Positions 26,785 to 35,292 of a stretch of DNA of 64,000 bases are shown piece after piece (the first letter of the stretch is position 1; each line of letters begins with the position of its first letter). The notes beneath the pieces are model-generated. The model had not been told where the DNA came from, did no database searches, and saw nothing but the letters and a program-made list of their open reading frames with translations. Source of the stretch: Cyanobacteriota bacterium (GTDB lineage Bacteria; Cyanobacteriota; Cyanobacteriia; PCC-6307; Cyanobiaceae); the NCBI GenBank assembly GCA_046052125.1, contig JBJOMY010000001.1, forward strand, positions 704,001-768,000, given 5' to 3'. A program made the position numbers and the translations under genes.

Positions 26785-27957
26785 ATGGGTTCAGCCAAAC
26801 ACCGCCACCAACCAGCCCGTCATCTCCCTGGACGGGGAGCACAACCGGCCAGCAACACTGATCAAGACCGCGAACTGCTGCAGTTCAACGTGCGCCTGGC
26901 CAAGGCACGTCAGGCCCAGGCCGACACCAACCGGATTGAGCGCAAGGCCTTCCGCGAACACGCCCGCATCGAGAACGCCGTCACCGCCTACACCCGCGAG
27001 CTGTGCTCGCTTCTGGATGAACGGGGCTTTACGCAAGGCGTGACGCTCTCCCGCATCCCGGACGGCGGGGATGCAGTGCTGATCGTGCAACTGAGCGATC
27101 TGCACTTCAACGAGCGGGTTGAACTGCCCTCCAACCGCTACGACTTCACCGTGGCCGCGCAGCGTCTGGCCAAGCTCGCCCAACGCGTCAAGCAACTGGG
27201 CCAGAGCTATGGCGCCCGCAAGGTGGTGGTGGCCTGCCTGGGGGATTTCCTCAACAGCGACCGGCGCCTCGATGAGCTGCTCTCCAACAGCACCAACCGT
27301 TCCAGAGCAACCCTGCTTGCCGTCGACATCCTGCGGGCGTTTCTGCTCGATCTACGCGAGCAGTTCGAGCTCGAGGTCTATGGCATCACCGGCAATGAAA
27401 GCCGCGTGAACAAAGAGCTGGGCTGGAGCGATGAGCTCGCCACCGACAGCTACGACCTGATGATCTACGAGATCCTCAAGCGCGGCTTTGCCGGCACAGA
27501 AGGGATCAACTTCTGCGGCTTCCGGGCCAATGAGCTCTTGTTTGAGGTGATGGGCCGCACCTTCCTCTGCCTGCACGGCCACCAGATCGGCGCGAACGTG
27601 CAGAAATCGGTGCAAGAGATCACCGGTAAGTACGCCGCCCAAGGCATCACGGTGGACTACACCCTGTTCGGCCACCTACACGCCAGCGCCATCGGCGACT
27701 ACCACGCCCGCAATGCCTCGCTGGTGGGCAGCAACGCCTACTCAGAAGCAGGGCTGAACTTCTGCAGCAAGGCGGCGCAGAACATCCACATCGTGTCTGG
27801 CTCCAAGGGCACGGGCGCTATCGATGGCGTGAAGGTTGACCTCCAGGACATCAGCGGGATCGAGCCCTACCCCTTTGCCGCCGAATGGGAGGCCTACTGC
27901 CCCAAGAGCGAGCGCAAGCTCCACACCCCCTCTGTCGTTTACCAGGTTGTTGTCTGA
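26785..27957 (+). CDS. Calcineurin-like metallophosphoesterase
   Basis: 'LSDLH', 'LGDF', 'GNE', 'LHGH' and 'GHLH' motifs; coiled-coil N-terminus. Confidence 0.85.
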   Translation: MGSAKHRHQPARHLPGRGAQPASNTDQDRELLQFNVRLAKARQAQADTNRIERKAFREHARIENAVTAYTRELCSLLDERGFTQGVTLSRIPDGGDAVLIVQLSDLHFNERVELPSNRYDFTVAAQRLAKLAQRVKQLGQSYGARKVVVACLGDFLNSDRRLDELLSNSTNRSRATLLAVDILRAFLLDLREQFELEVYGITGNESRVNKELGWSDELATDSYDLMIYEILKRGFAGTEGINFCGFRANELLFEVMGRTFLCLHGHQIGANVQKSVQEITGKYAAQGITVDYTLFGHLHASAIGDYHARNASLVGSNAYSEAGLNFCSKAAQNIHIVSGSKGTGAIDGVKVDLQDISGIEPYPFAAEWEAYCPKSERKLHTPSVVYQVVV

Positions 27958-28337
27958 TGACTGTTTCCACTCCTTCCCGCACCTGCGCCTGCGCTAGGGG
28001 CGCCAGCGGCAACACGGCGCTTGAGCTGCAGAGCGCGCTGCTCCAGGCGATCACTGGGCTCACGCAACTGGTGAGTCAGCTCAGCCAACAGTTCCCGATC
28101 ACCCAGCCGACTGCTCCTGCAGCAGAGCCCTGGATGGAGGAGCGCCCCAGCCAGGCAACCAAGCCGACATGCGTGCCCAACCTCTCAACCCTCTGGGATG
28201 AGCTGTCGGTGGTGGAACTGCGCTCGCTCTTGCGCAGCTATCCGATTGATCGCTCCTCCCTGCCAGCCCCGATCGAACTGCTGCGCCGCAGCGAGCTCAT
28301 CGAAGCCCTCAACCAAATCCAAGCCCTCGGTGCTTAA
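27957..28337 (+). CDS. hypothetical protein
   Basis: ATG overlaps the TGA of the upstream gene (TGATG). Confidence 0.6.
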   Translation: MTVSTPSRTCACARGASGNTALELQSALLQAITGLTQLVSQLSQQFPITQPTAPAAEPWMEERPSQATKPTCVPNLSTLWDELSVVELRSLLRSYPIDRSSLPAPIELLRRSELIEALNQIQALGA

Positions 28338-28390
28338 GGGGCGAAAGGCCCCTCGCGAATCAGACCCGTTCACCCATTCCACACACGCCT

Positions 28391-28867
28391 ATGACCACAA
28401 CCCTCACCACCGCCAATCCCGCCGCTCTCGGCGAACCCATCCCCGGATCACCGGAAGCGCTGTTGCTCTTGGCCAACGCGGGAATACTGCCCGCCAGTGC
28501 CGGCGCCGACGATCCCCGCTTCTCAGCCGACGCCATCACCACCTGCGTCACCCGACTGCTCGAGGTGAAACAGCAGAAGGAACTCCTGGCCAATGAACAG
28601 AAGGAACTGAACGAACAGCTGCGCCTGGCGCACTTACGCGGTGACCTGCTCACCCTGTTGCCAGCCGGCAAGGACGGCAACGGCTATCAGATCACCCCGG
28701 ATCTCGTGCTCAACCGCCGCCCCGGCCGCAAGCAGTGGAGCTACTCGATCGACTGCAAAGAGATCGAATGCCAGCTCAAGGCACGCCAGAGCTATGAGCA
28801 GCAGAGCGGCCTCGCCAGCTACAGCCTCGGTGCAGCGTTCTGGGAGGTGCGGGCGAGCAAGGGCTGA
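28391..28867 (+). CDS. hypothetical (phage-like) protein
   Basis: 158-aa ORF with coiled-coil segment and consistent codon usage, followed by a terminator. Confidence 0.7.
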   Translation: MTTTLTTANPAALGEPIPGSPEALLLLANAGILPASAGADDPRFSADAITTCVTRLLEVKQQKELLANEQKELNEQLRLAHLRGDLLTLLPAGKDGNGYQITPDLVLNRRPGRKQWSYSIDCKEIECQLKARQSYEQQSGLASYSLGAAFWEVRASKG

Positions 28868-28893
28868 GTCCGCACATCACGGCGCAAGTGATC

Positions 28894-28924
28894 AAAAGCC
28901 CTGGGTTACGGCCCGGGGCTTTTT
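28894..28924 (+). terminator. Intrinsic terminator (probably bidirectional)
   Basis: aaaagccctgggttacggcccggggcttttt. Confidence 0.75.
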
Positions 28925-29440
28925 GGCATCCAGTGTTCAGCTCCAATCAAAAACCCCCGAGCAGCGCCCGAGGGTCATTGGCTAATCACGTCGAATGAAG
29001 CGTTTGGTCTGGATCGAAGCTGCTGGCGTTGGCGCCTGGGGCCGAACGTTCCAGATGTGGGTTGGTTGGTTCTCCTGGGGCACCTATGGCGGTGCAAACG
29101 GAGTGTCGACGGTTCAGACGCACCATTCAGTGTCCGAACTGACGACCCGCCCACGGTTGGGTGAAGACTGTTGGAGCAGGGGCCTGCAGTCAGCTTGCTT
29201 CTGGCGGGTAGCGGGGTGGCGTGTCGTCCATCTGGGCGCCTCCTTGGTTGATGGACACACCATCGCGCCGCCGCTGACGCCAGGCAATCGGGATTTACAC
29301 GCATTGCCTTTGCAGCCAAGCGGGAGCAGGGTGGGTTGTTTGGTGCGTTCAGCGCAGGCAGCCGGATTTCGGGCTACACCCGTTGCCCCTCGCTCGCCAC
29401 CCTGGAGGTTCATCTCTAGGTGCAGAAACCACCCGGTTCC

Positions 29441-30529
29441 TCAGCTGGAGATGCGGAAGCCCTGCTTGAGCCATAGCGACACATACACCAAGGACACCAA
29501 CACCGGCACCTCGATCAACGGGCCAATCACACCGGCCAGGGCCTGTTGGGAACTGATTCCCCAGATGCTGATACAGACAGCAATCGCCAGCTCAAAGTTA
29601 TTGCCAGCTGCGGTGAAAGCCAAAGCGGATGTGCGCGTGTAATCCAAGCCGCTTCTCTTGCCTAGGGCAAATGCGGTGCTCCACATGATCACGAAGTAGA
29701 GAAGCAGAGGCAAGGCCACCCGCAAAACCTGGCCTGGATTCGCAGTGATCGCCTTGCCCTGGAGAGCAAACATCACCACGATAGTGAAGAGCAAGCCGTA
29801 TAAAGCGAAGGGAGCAATCCTGGGAATGAATCGCTCTTCGTACCAGCGGATGCCTTTGGAACGTACGCCAATCTGACGGGTCAGGAACCCAGCCACCAGA
29901 GGAATCCCAAGAAAGACCAGTACGGCTTTTGCAATCTCCCAGAAGGAGAAGCTCAGAACTTGGCTTTCAAGCCCAAGCCAGCCAGGAAGCACCTGCAGAT
30001 AGAAGGTGCCCAACAAGGCATAAATAAGGACCTGCAGAATGGAATTAATCGCAACCAGCACTGCAGCCACTTCACGGTTTCCCTTGGCCAGATCAATCCA
30101 GATCAGCACCATCGCAATGCAAGGCGCAATACCAATCAGGATCAATCCAGTCCGAAAGGCAGGTTGATCTGGAAGGAACAACCAAGCCAAAGCGAACATC
30201 AACAGTGGCCCCAACCCCCAAACCAACCCAAGGGCCAGCTTCAGCAGGCGGGGATCACGGGCAGCGTGGCCCAGTTCGCCGTAGCGCACTTTGGCCAGCA
30301 CTGGATACATCATCAACAACAAACCGATGGCGATCGGCAAAGAGGTGTGATCCACCTGCACCGCAGTGAGCGCAGCCTGTATGCCAGGCACCAGCCGTCC
30401 GAGCAGGAGACCACTGGCCATCGCCAACAGGATCCAGAGCGGTAGGAGCCGATCGAGCACAGGCAGCGAGGCCAACACAGTGGCCTCTTTGGACGACGGC
30501 TGCGCTGAGTGGAGAGCGTCGTCTCTCAT
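29441..30529 (-). CDS. acr3: ACR3 family arsenite efflux transporter
   Basis: 'LDRLLPLWI', 'MMYPVLAKV', 'GIAPCIAMVLIW', 'AGNNFELAIAV', 'IGPLIEVPVL'. Confidence 0.93.
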   Translation of the reverse strand: MRDDALHSAQPSSKEATVLASLPVLDRLLPLWILLAMASGLLLGRLVPGIQAALTAVQVDHTSLPIAIGLLLMMYPVLAKVRYGELGHAARDPRLLKLALGLVWGLGPLLMFALAWLFLPDQPAFRTGLILIGIAPCIAMVLIWIDLAKGNREVAAVLVAINSILQVLIYALLGTFYLQVLPGWLGLESQVLSFSFWEIAKAVLVFLGIPLVAGFLTRQIGVRSKGIRWYEERFIPRIAPFALYGLLFTIVVMFALQGKAITANPGQVLRVALPLLLYFVIMWSTAFALGKRSGLDYTRTSALAFTAAGNNFELAIAVCISIWGISSQQALAGVIGPLIEVPVLVSLVYVSLWLKQGFRISS

Positions 30530-31239
30530 GGCATGTGGGGCGCTGCGATTTGTAGTCGGGCCTCCGTTCCGTCGGGGCCTAGGCAGCAAGGCAGATGCCC
30601 TGTCTTCACCCAGATCGTGCAACCCGGTTCACTGCAAGGTCGATGCACACTGCCCGGTGGATTGCGCAGCCAGCTGCCAGCGGGATAGGTGCCGTGCTCG
30701 TCCTGGAACACACCAGACAACACATAAATCTCCTCGCCGCTTGGATGGCTGTGGGGCTGAAACACCGTGCCAGGCGCCCAGCGCACCAGCGCCACGTGCT
30801 CCGAGCCGTAGCCGTGTAGGGGCATGACCTCGAGCCCATTCACAAGCCCAGGAACCCAAACACCGGAGCTGGTATCGATCACCAGCCGCTGCTGATCTCC
30901 CGGGTGCATCTGATACAGCTTCACCAGAATCGTGCAGCCAGCCTTGCTGAACGGGGTATGGCTCGATCCCACCGGATTACGCAGGTAGCTGCCGGCGGGG
31001 TAGTCCCCGTGCTCATCCGAGAACGTGCCCTCGAGAACAAGGATTTCTTCTCCACCGGGATGGCCATGGGGCTCGAAGTGACTGCCGGGGGCGTAGCGCA
31101 CGATTGAGGTGGCACGGGCCACCTCTTCCCCGCGGCGATCCAGAAGGCGGCGTTCCACGCCAGCCATTGGTGAGGGCTGCCAGGCCAAAGCATGGGTGTC
31201 GAGCACCACGCGTTCGCTGAGGTCGGCATGCAGGTCCAT
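30526..31239 (-). CDS. ChrR-like double cupin protein
   Basis: 'WQPSPMAGVERRLLDR...ATSIVRYAPGS.F..H.HPGGEE' with a second cupin repeat. Confidence 0.88.
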   Translation of the reverse strand: MDLHADLSERVVLDTHALAWQPSPMAGVERRLLDRRGEEVARATSIVRYAPGSHFEPHGHPGGEEILVLEGTFSDEHGDYPAGSYLRNPVGSSHTPFSKAGCTILVKLYQMHPGDQQRLVIDTSSGVWVPGLVNGLEVMPLHGYGSEHVALVRWAPGTVFQPHSHPSGEEIYVLSGVFQDEHGTYPAGSWLRNPPGSVHRPCSEPGCTIWVKTGHLPCCLGPDGTEARLQIAAPHMP

Positions 31240-31253
31240 TCAGCTGATTCTGA

Positions 31254-31532
31254 TCAGCTCACTTCCGGCGCCCAGCCCCGTTGGCGGACCATGTCATCCG
31301 TCCAGCCCTGACAGCGCCTGACCAGATGCTCACCCTGGGCAATCAGTCCGTGGTGAAGCTGGCAGGTGAGCAAAGGGATGCAGTCAGCACCGGGGTGGTA
31401 CCTGAACCAATGGCAGGTCATGCAGACCTTGCGGCTGCGACTGGGACGCAGCACGTCCTCATCCAGATAGGGCCAGGCTTCGCAGTCGCTGCCTGCAGCC
31501 ACTGAGGTGGCCCGGATTCGAGAAGCAGTCAT
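31254..31532 (-). CDS. small Cys/His-rich hypothetical protein
   Basis: 'VCMTCHWFRY...LLTCQLHHGLI...RCQGW'; ATG at 31532. Confidence 0.7.
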   Translation of the reverse strand: MTASRIRATSVAAGSDCEAWPYLDEDVLRPSRSRKVCMTCHWFRYHPGADCIPLLTCQLHHGLIAQGEHLVRRCQGWTDDMVRQRGWAPEVS

Positions 31533-31545
31533 CAACCCCTCTATG

Positions 31546-31559
31546 CATACACTTGTACT
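31546..31559 (-). promoter_or_regulatory. LexA-like box
   Basis: Minus strand AGTACAAGTGTATG, one mismatch to RGTACNNNDGTWCB, 14 nt upstream of ATG 31532. Confidence 0.55.
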
Positions 31560-31621
31560 AGCAGGGATTGGCTGGGTTGGCGCGGGTCGTGCTGATCGGT
31601 TCCGGATTCCTCCAACAAAGG

Positions 31622-31652
31622 AGCCCCGGGCCATGGGCGCCCGGGGCTTTTT
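31622..31652 (+). terminator. Intrinsic terminator-like hairpin
   Basis: agccccggg-ccatgggcg-cccggggct followed by a T tract. Confidence 0.65.
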
Positions 31653-31755
31653 GAGCCAGTGGGTTGTTGGTCTCCCACCGCCTCTTGGTCATGGCTCAGG
31701 TCTGCGGCGGAGCGCAAGGCCTGTCGGAACTCTTTGGGGCCTTTCCCCATGTCCT

Positions 31756-32079
31756 TTGTTCAACTCTTTTCCGCGCTTCTTCTCCTGGCTGCGCTCGTTG
31801 CTGCAGCGACCTCAGACCTGCTCCAGCAGCGAGCTCGGGCCCTTTGAGCTCGACCACGCCTTTGCTGCCTTTGAGCAGGGTGATTGGTTGGCAGAACTGG
31901 ACCTCCTGCAACTGGGTGTTGCCCTGCAGCGCGGCGCCATCGCCCGCGGCGGCTACGACGGCCGCTCCTTTGACCTGATGGTCGCCATCGCCGATGTCCT
32001 GCAAAGCGATCACGGCTGGAGCTTTGAGCAGTCCGATGCCTGGCTCGAGCGCATGGGGCTCTGGGAGGAGGAGTTCTGA
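31756..32079 (+). CDS. hypothetical protein (start uncertain)
   Basis: C-terminal part of ORF 31507..32079 is protein-like; TTG start assumed. Confidence 0.5.
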   Translation: MFNSFPRFFSWLRSLLQRPQTCSSSELGPFELDHAFAAFEQGDWLAELDLLQLGVALQRGAIARGGYDGRSFDLMVAIADVLQSDHGWSFEQSDAWLERMGLWEEEF

Positions 32080-32149
32080 GGGTTCAGGCCACCGCCGGTA
32101 GCCTCCCTCGCGGCCAAGTCCGGTCGCAGCGTCGTCTGCCTGGCTGCCG

Positions 32150-32347
32150 ATGAGTGAACACCTCTGGCTGACCACTGCCGAGCTCTGCTCCCATCTGGCT
32201 ATCAGCCGCTCCACGCTGTTTGCCATTCGCCGCTCGGGCCTGCTCAAGGACGGGCGGCATCTGGTGGCCAAGAACCCAACCAGCGCTCGCTCGCACCTGC
32301 TCTGGCACCGTCAGCGCTGTGAGTTGGCCCTCGGGAGGATCAGCTGA
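32150..32347 (+). CDS. Excisionase-like HTH (AlpA/MerR-like) protein
   Basis: 'WLTTAELCSHLAISRSTLFAIRRSG'; convergent with the integrase. Confidence 0.75.
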   Translation: MSEHLWLTTAELCSHLAISRSTLFAIRRSGLLKDGRHLVAKNPTSARSHLLWHRQRCELALGRIS

Positions 32348-32565
32348 TGGCTTCCATCGGCAGCTCCAACAGCGCCTGGGTCACCACCAGCGAGCTCTGC
32401 GCTGCCCTTGCCATCAGCCGCTCCAAGCTCTGCCGTCTGCAACAGCGCAAGGTGTTCCGCCAAGGGCTGCACTGGGTGCGCAAAAACCCAACCGCGGCAC
32501 GTTCCGATCAGCTCTGGAGCCTGGAGGCGTGTCGTTCACTGCTTGAGAATCAACACCGTTTCTAG
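32347..32565 (+). CDS. Second excisionase-like HTH protein (paralogue)
   Basis: 'WVTTSELCAALAISRSKLCRL...KNPTAARS..LW' aligns with the upstream gene; TGATG coupling. Confidence 0.75.
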   Translation: MASIGSSNSAWVTTSELCAALAISRSKLCRLQQRKVFRQGLHWVRKNPTAARSDQLWSLEACRSLLENQHRF

Positions 32566-32595
32566 AGGCTCCTCCTCCGCCACCAACAAGCCATC

Positions 32596-32622
32596 AAAAA
32601 AAGGGGGCCTCAGGCCCCCTTT
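32596..32622. terminator. Bidirectional terminator between the xis pair and the integrase
   Basis: aaaaaaagggggcctcaggcccccttt. Confidence 0.75.
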
Positions 32623-32646
32623 CTGCTGTCCGCTATCCGTTCAGGG

Positions 32647-34014
32647 CTAGGCACCCGCCCCGGGTTCAGGGAGCATCCGACGCGCCAGGGAGGCCTTGGT
32701 TTGCTCCTCCGTGATCTCGCTCAGGTACGTGCGCCGGTGTACCTCCGGGCTATGGCCCATCACCGCTGCCACATCCGCGTAGTTCCAGGTTGTGGTTTCC
32801 CGAGCCCGAATCGCGTAGGCGTGGCGCAGGTCATAAGGCACGCAGCGCTCCTTGCGTTTCTGCGCTTTCTTCTTGCCCTGGGCTGGCGCTGTTTCTACCC
32901 AGGCATACAGCTTGGTCTTGAGTTCAAACTCCGCCTTGGCATCGGAGCTGCGCAACTTGTGGCAGCACACCGCGCCCAGGCGTTCGTTGTTATCGCAGCG
33001 CTTCACGAGGTCACGCTCGGGATCAAAGGGCTGGCCCTCCTCATTCACGAACTTGGGCACGTAGCGGCTGCGCAGCTGCTCGAGCCGTTGCTCCCCATTC
33101 ACACCGCCCAGCTGGTAGCGCTCCACCCATTCGGCAGGCAGCGGTAGTGCGACGCGGAAACCAGTCTTCGTGACCTTGATGTGGCGGGCCGCCACGCTGA
33201 TGCTCACCATCCCCTGCTCATCGGGGAGTTCAGCGATATGCCACACCTCATGGGGCCTGAGCCCATAGGTGGCCACCATCGCGAACACCCACCCCCAGAG
33301 CGGGTCCTCGTCCATCACCTGATCCAGCCACTCCTGAATTGCTGCGGTGCTCGGAATACGGCGCCTGGATTCACCCGCCGAAAGGAGCGCCACCTTCTTC
33401 TTATTGACCATTCCCTTGAGCTCCTCGCTCAGGCTCTCCGGTGCAATCGCCCCGTAGCCGGCCCGCCGGAGCAACGACACCACCTCCCGCTTCTGGCGGA
33501 ACCCCTGGCGGTGGGTGGCCATCGGCAGCAGCGTGGCCGTTGCGTCCTCCAGCCGTGCCTTGAGGCTTTCGCTGGTATGCAACGCAAAGCGGCGCACATC
33601 CTCCTCAGTAGCCGGGCGATCCGCCGGCAGCAGACAGAAGTAGCCCTTGCCTTTGAACGGACCCACCAGGTTCATGTTCACCCCCTGGGCTCGCTGGAAC
33701 GCCACCACGGCGGCGCAGATGGCAGGCCAGCAAGGGTTGTTTGCGTTGGCGGCGTCGAGGTCTTCCTGGCCGTCGGGGAGAACAGCGGGCTTGCCACTGC
33801 GGGTCGCCTCGATCAGCAGGTCCTGGAGGTTTTCGATCGCCTCTGGGTCAGCGGCTGCATAGCCCTTGATGGTGTGCTCGCGGGTTTTGCCACCCTCGCC
33901 GAGCTGGTACACCGTGATCCATGGGCTGCGGCGGTGCTCCCGCAGCCGGTATCGGGCGCCGAAGGCGCGCAGCACGGCATTACAGCGCTGCATGGGGCTC
34001 TGAATCGTGGCCAT
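32647..34014 (-). CDS. Tyrosine recombinase/integrase
   Basis: Catalytic motifs 'TYGLRPHE', 'TKTG', 'YDLRHAYAIR', 'MGHSPEVHRRTY'; adjacent to the tRNA. Confidence 0.92.
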   Translation of the reverse strand: MATIQSPMQRCNAVLRAFGARYRLREHRRSPWITVYQLGEGGKTREHTIKGYAAADPEAIENLQDLLIEATRSGKPAVLPDGQEDLDAANANNPCWPAICAAVVAFQRAQGVNMNLVGPFKGKGYFCLLPADRPATEEDVRRFALHTSESLKARLEDATATLLPMATHRQGFRQKREVVSLLRRAGYGAIAPESLSEELKGMVNKKKVALLSAGESRRRIPSTAAIQEWLDQVMDEDPLWGWVFAMVATYGLRPHEVWHIAELPDEQGMVSISVAARHIKVTKTGFRVALPLPAEWVERYQLGGVNGEQRLEQLRSRYVPKFVNEEGQPFDPERDLVKRCDNNERLGAVCCHKLRSSDAKAEFELKTKLYAWVETAPAQGKKKAQKRKERCVPYDLRHAYAIRARETTTWNYADVAAVMGHSPEVHRRTYLSEITEEQTKASLARRMLPEPGAGA

Positions 34015-34247
34015 GGGGAACGCATCTCTGGATGGAGTGTTCCCACCGATCCGGACCCAGAACCCCAACCAATCTCACGCGGTGAGACGAGCCGGATTCC
34101 TTGGGACTTGTCCCAAGGAAATGACACAACTACGGTTTTCGGCGATCTCCCCCGGACTCATTCCGCCCGGGGGAAACCGCCTTCTGAAACCCTGAGAACC
34201 CTTGCGTTGCAGGGTAAAACCCTTGCAGTCCAAGCGATCTCAAAACA

Positions 34248-34319
34248 TGGGTCGTCTGAGATTCGAACTCAGGACCAATCGGTTAAAAGCCGAGTGCTCT
34301 ACCGCTGAGCTAACGACCC
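34248..34319 (-). tRNA. tRNA-Lys(TTT)
   Basis: Reverse complement GGGTCGTTAGCTCAGCGGTAGAGCACTCGGCTTTTAACCGATTGGTCCTGAGTTCGAATCTCAGACGACCCA folds as a cloverleaf with anticodon TTT. Confidence 0.97.
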
Positions 34320-34435
34320 GCCCGGTACCTGGAAATCCAAGCGCGGGGGTGGCCCTTGCGGGCACCCAGTGAACGTATCACCCAGAGGGTCCCGCCTCCA
34401 ACCGCGCCGAGAATGGCTGGAGCGCACCCCCAGCC

Positions 34436-34963
34436 ATGCCTGTTACGCCCTGGCCCCAGCCTTCCGTGCACCCGGATGCCTGGGTGGCTGATTCAGCGGT
34501 GTTGATCGGCGACGTGCGCCTGGCGGCCGGGGCGAGTGTCTGGCCCACTGCAGTGGCCCGCGGCGATGTGTGCAGCATCGAGATCGGCGAGGGCAGCAAC
34601 GTGCAAGACGGCGCAGTGCTCCACGGCGACCCGGGCCAGCCGGTGCGGATCGGGGCCGACGTGACCATCGGACACCGGGCCGTGGTGCATGGCGCCACCC
34701 TGGAAGACGGCTGCCTGATCGGGATCGGGGCCGTGGTGCTCAACGGCGTCACCGTGGGGGCCGGAGCGCTGGTGGCCGCAGGAGCGGTGGTGACCAAAAA
34801 CGTGGCGCCTCGCGCCCTGGTGATGGGGGCCCCGGCCCAGCTCAAGCGTGAGCTCAGCCCTGAGCAAGCCGAGGAGCAGCGGCAACACGCCCGCCGCTAC
34901 CGCCAGCTGGCCATGGCCCACGCCGGCCGCTCGAGCGATCTGGGCTTCCACGCAGCCAGCTGA
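34436..34963 (+). CDS. gamma carbonic anhydrase family (hexapeptide repeat) protein
   Basis: 'ARGD...[14 protein letters not shown]...[10 protein letters not shown]'. Confidence 0.92.
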   Translation: MPVTPWPQPSVHPDAWVADSAVLIGDVRLAAGASVWPTAVARGDVCSIEIGEGSNVQDGAVLHGDPGQPVRIGADVTIGHRAVVHGATLEDGCLIGIGAVVLNGVTVGAGALVAAGAVVTKNVAPRALVMGAPAQLKRELSPEQAEEQRQHARRYRQLAMAHAGRSSDLGFHAAS

Positions 34964-35055
34964 ATTGCTGCGAATTCAGTCGATTGCCGGCCCTAGCCGC
35001 TGCGCTTGGCGCGTGGCCCGTAGGATCAGCACACGCTTCGACACATTTCCCAGCC

Positions 35056-35178
35056 ATGGATGCACGGCTTCTGCTTGTAGTCACCCCGGTTCTTCTGGCC
35101 GCCGGCTGGGCCGTGTTCAACATCGGCCGCGCTGCCGTGGGCCAGCTGCAGCTGATGCTCAAGCGCGCCAACGGCTGA
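35056..35178 (+). CDS. psbY: Photosystem II protein Y
   Basis: MDARLLLVVTPVLLAAGWAVFNIGRAAVGQLQ. Confidence 0.93.
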   Translation: MDARLLLVVTPVLLAAGWAVFNIGRAAVGQLQLMLKRANG

Positions 35179-35203
35179 TCGGCTTCGAGCCCGTTTGAAT
35201 CCC

Positions 35204-35232
35204 AGAGCCTCCGCTGCGGCGGGGGCTTTGTT
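35204..35232 (+). terminator. Terminator after psbY
   Basis: agagcctccgc-tgcg-gcgggggcttt followed by gtt. Confidence 0.6.
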
Positions 35233-35292
35233 GTGTCGAGCCACCAAGGGCGCCCCGTAGGGTGAAACCTCGGAGCAGATCGGGGCCCCACG

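Larger units (their letters stand above)
1..34247. mobile_element. Integrated element/genomic island at tRNA-Lys 3' end (left boundary outside window)
   Basis: Tyrosine integrase and xis-like genes lie next to the tRNA 3' end; replication, recombination, TA, defence and cargo genes follow with patchy lower-GC segments; housekeeping genes start right after the tRNA. Confidence 0.85.

Noticed and set aside
28975..29413. ORFs downstream of acr3
   Set aside because: No motifs and conflicting frames; probably non-coding or decayed
1..34247. Complete prophage or conjugative ICE
   Set aside because: No structural, packaging, lysis, relaxase or T4SS genes seen here; they cannot be excluded left of the window
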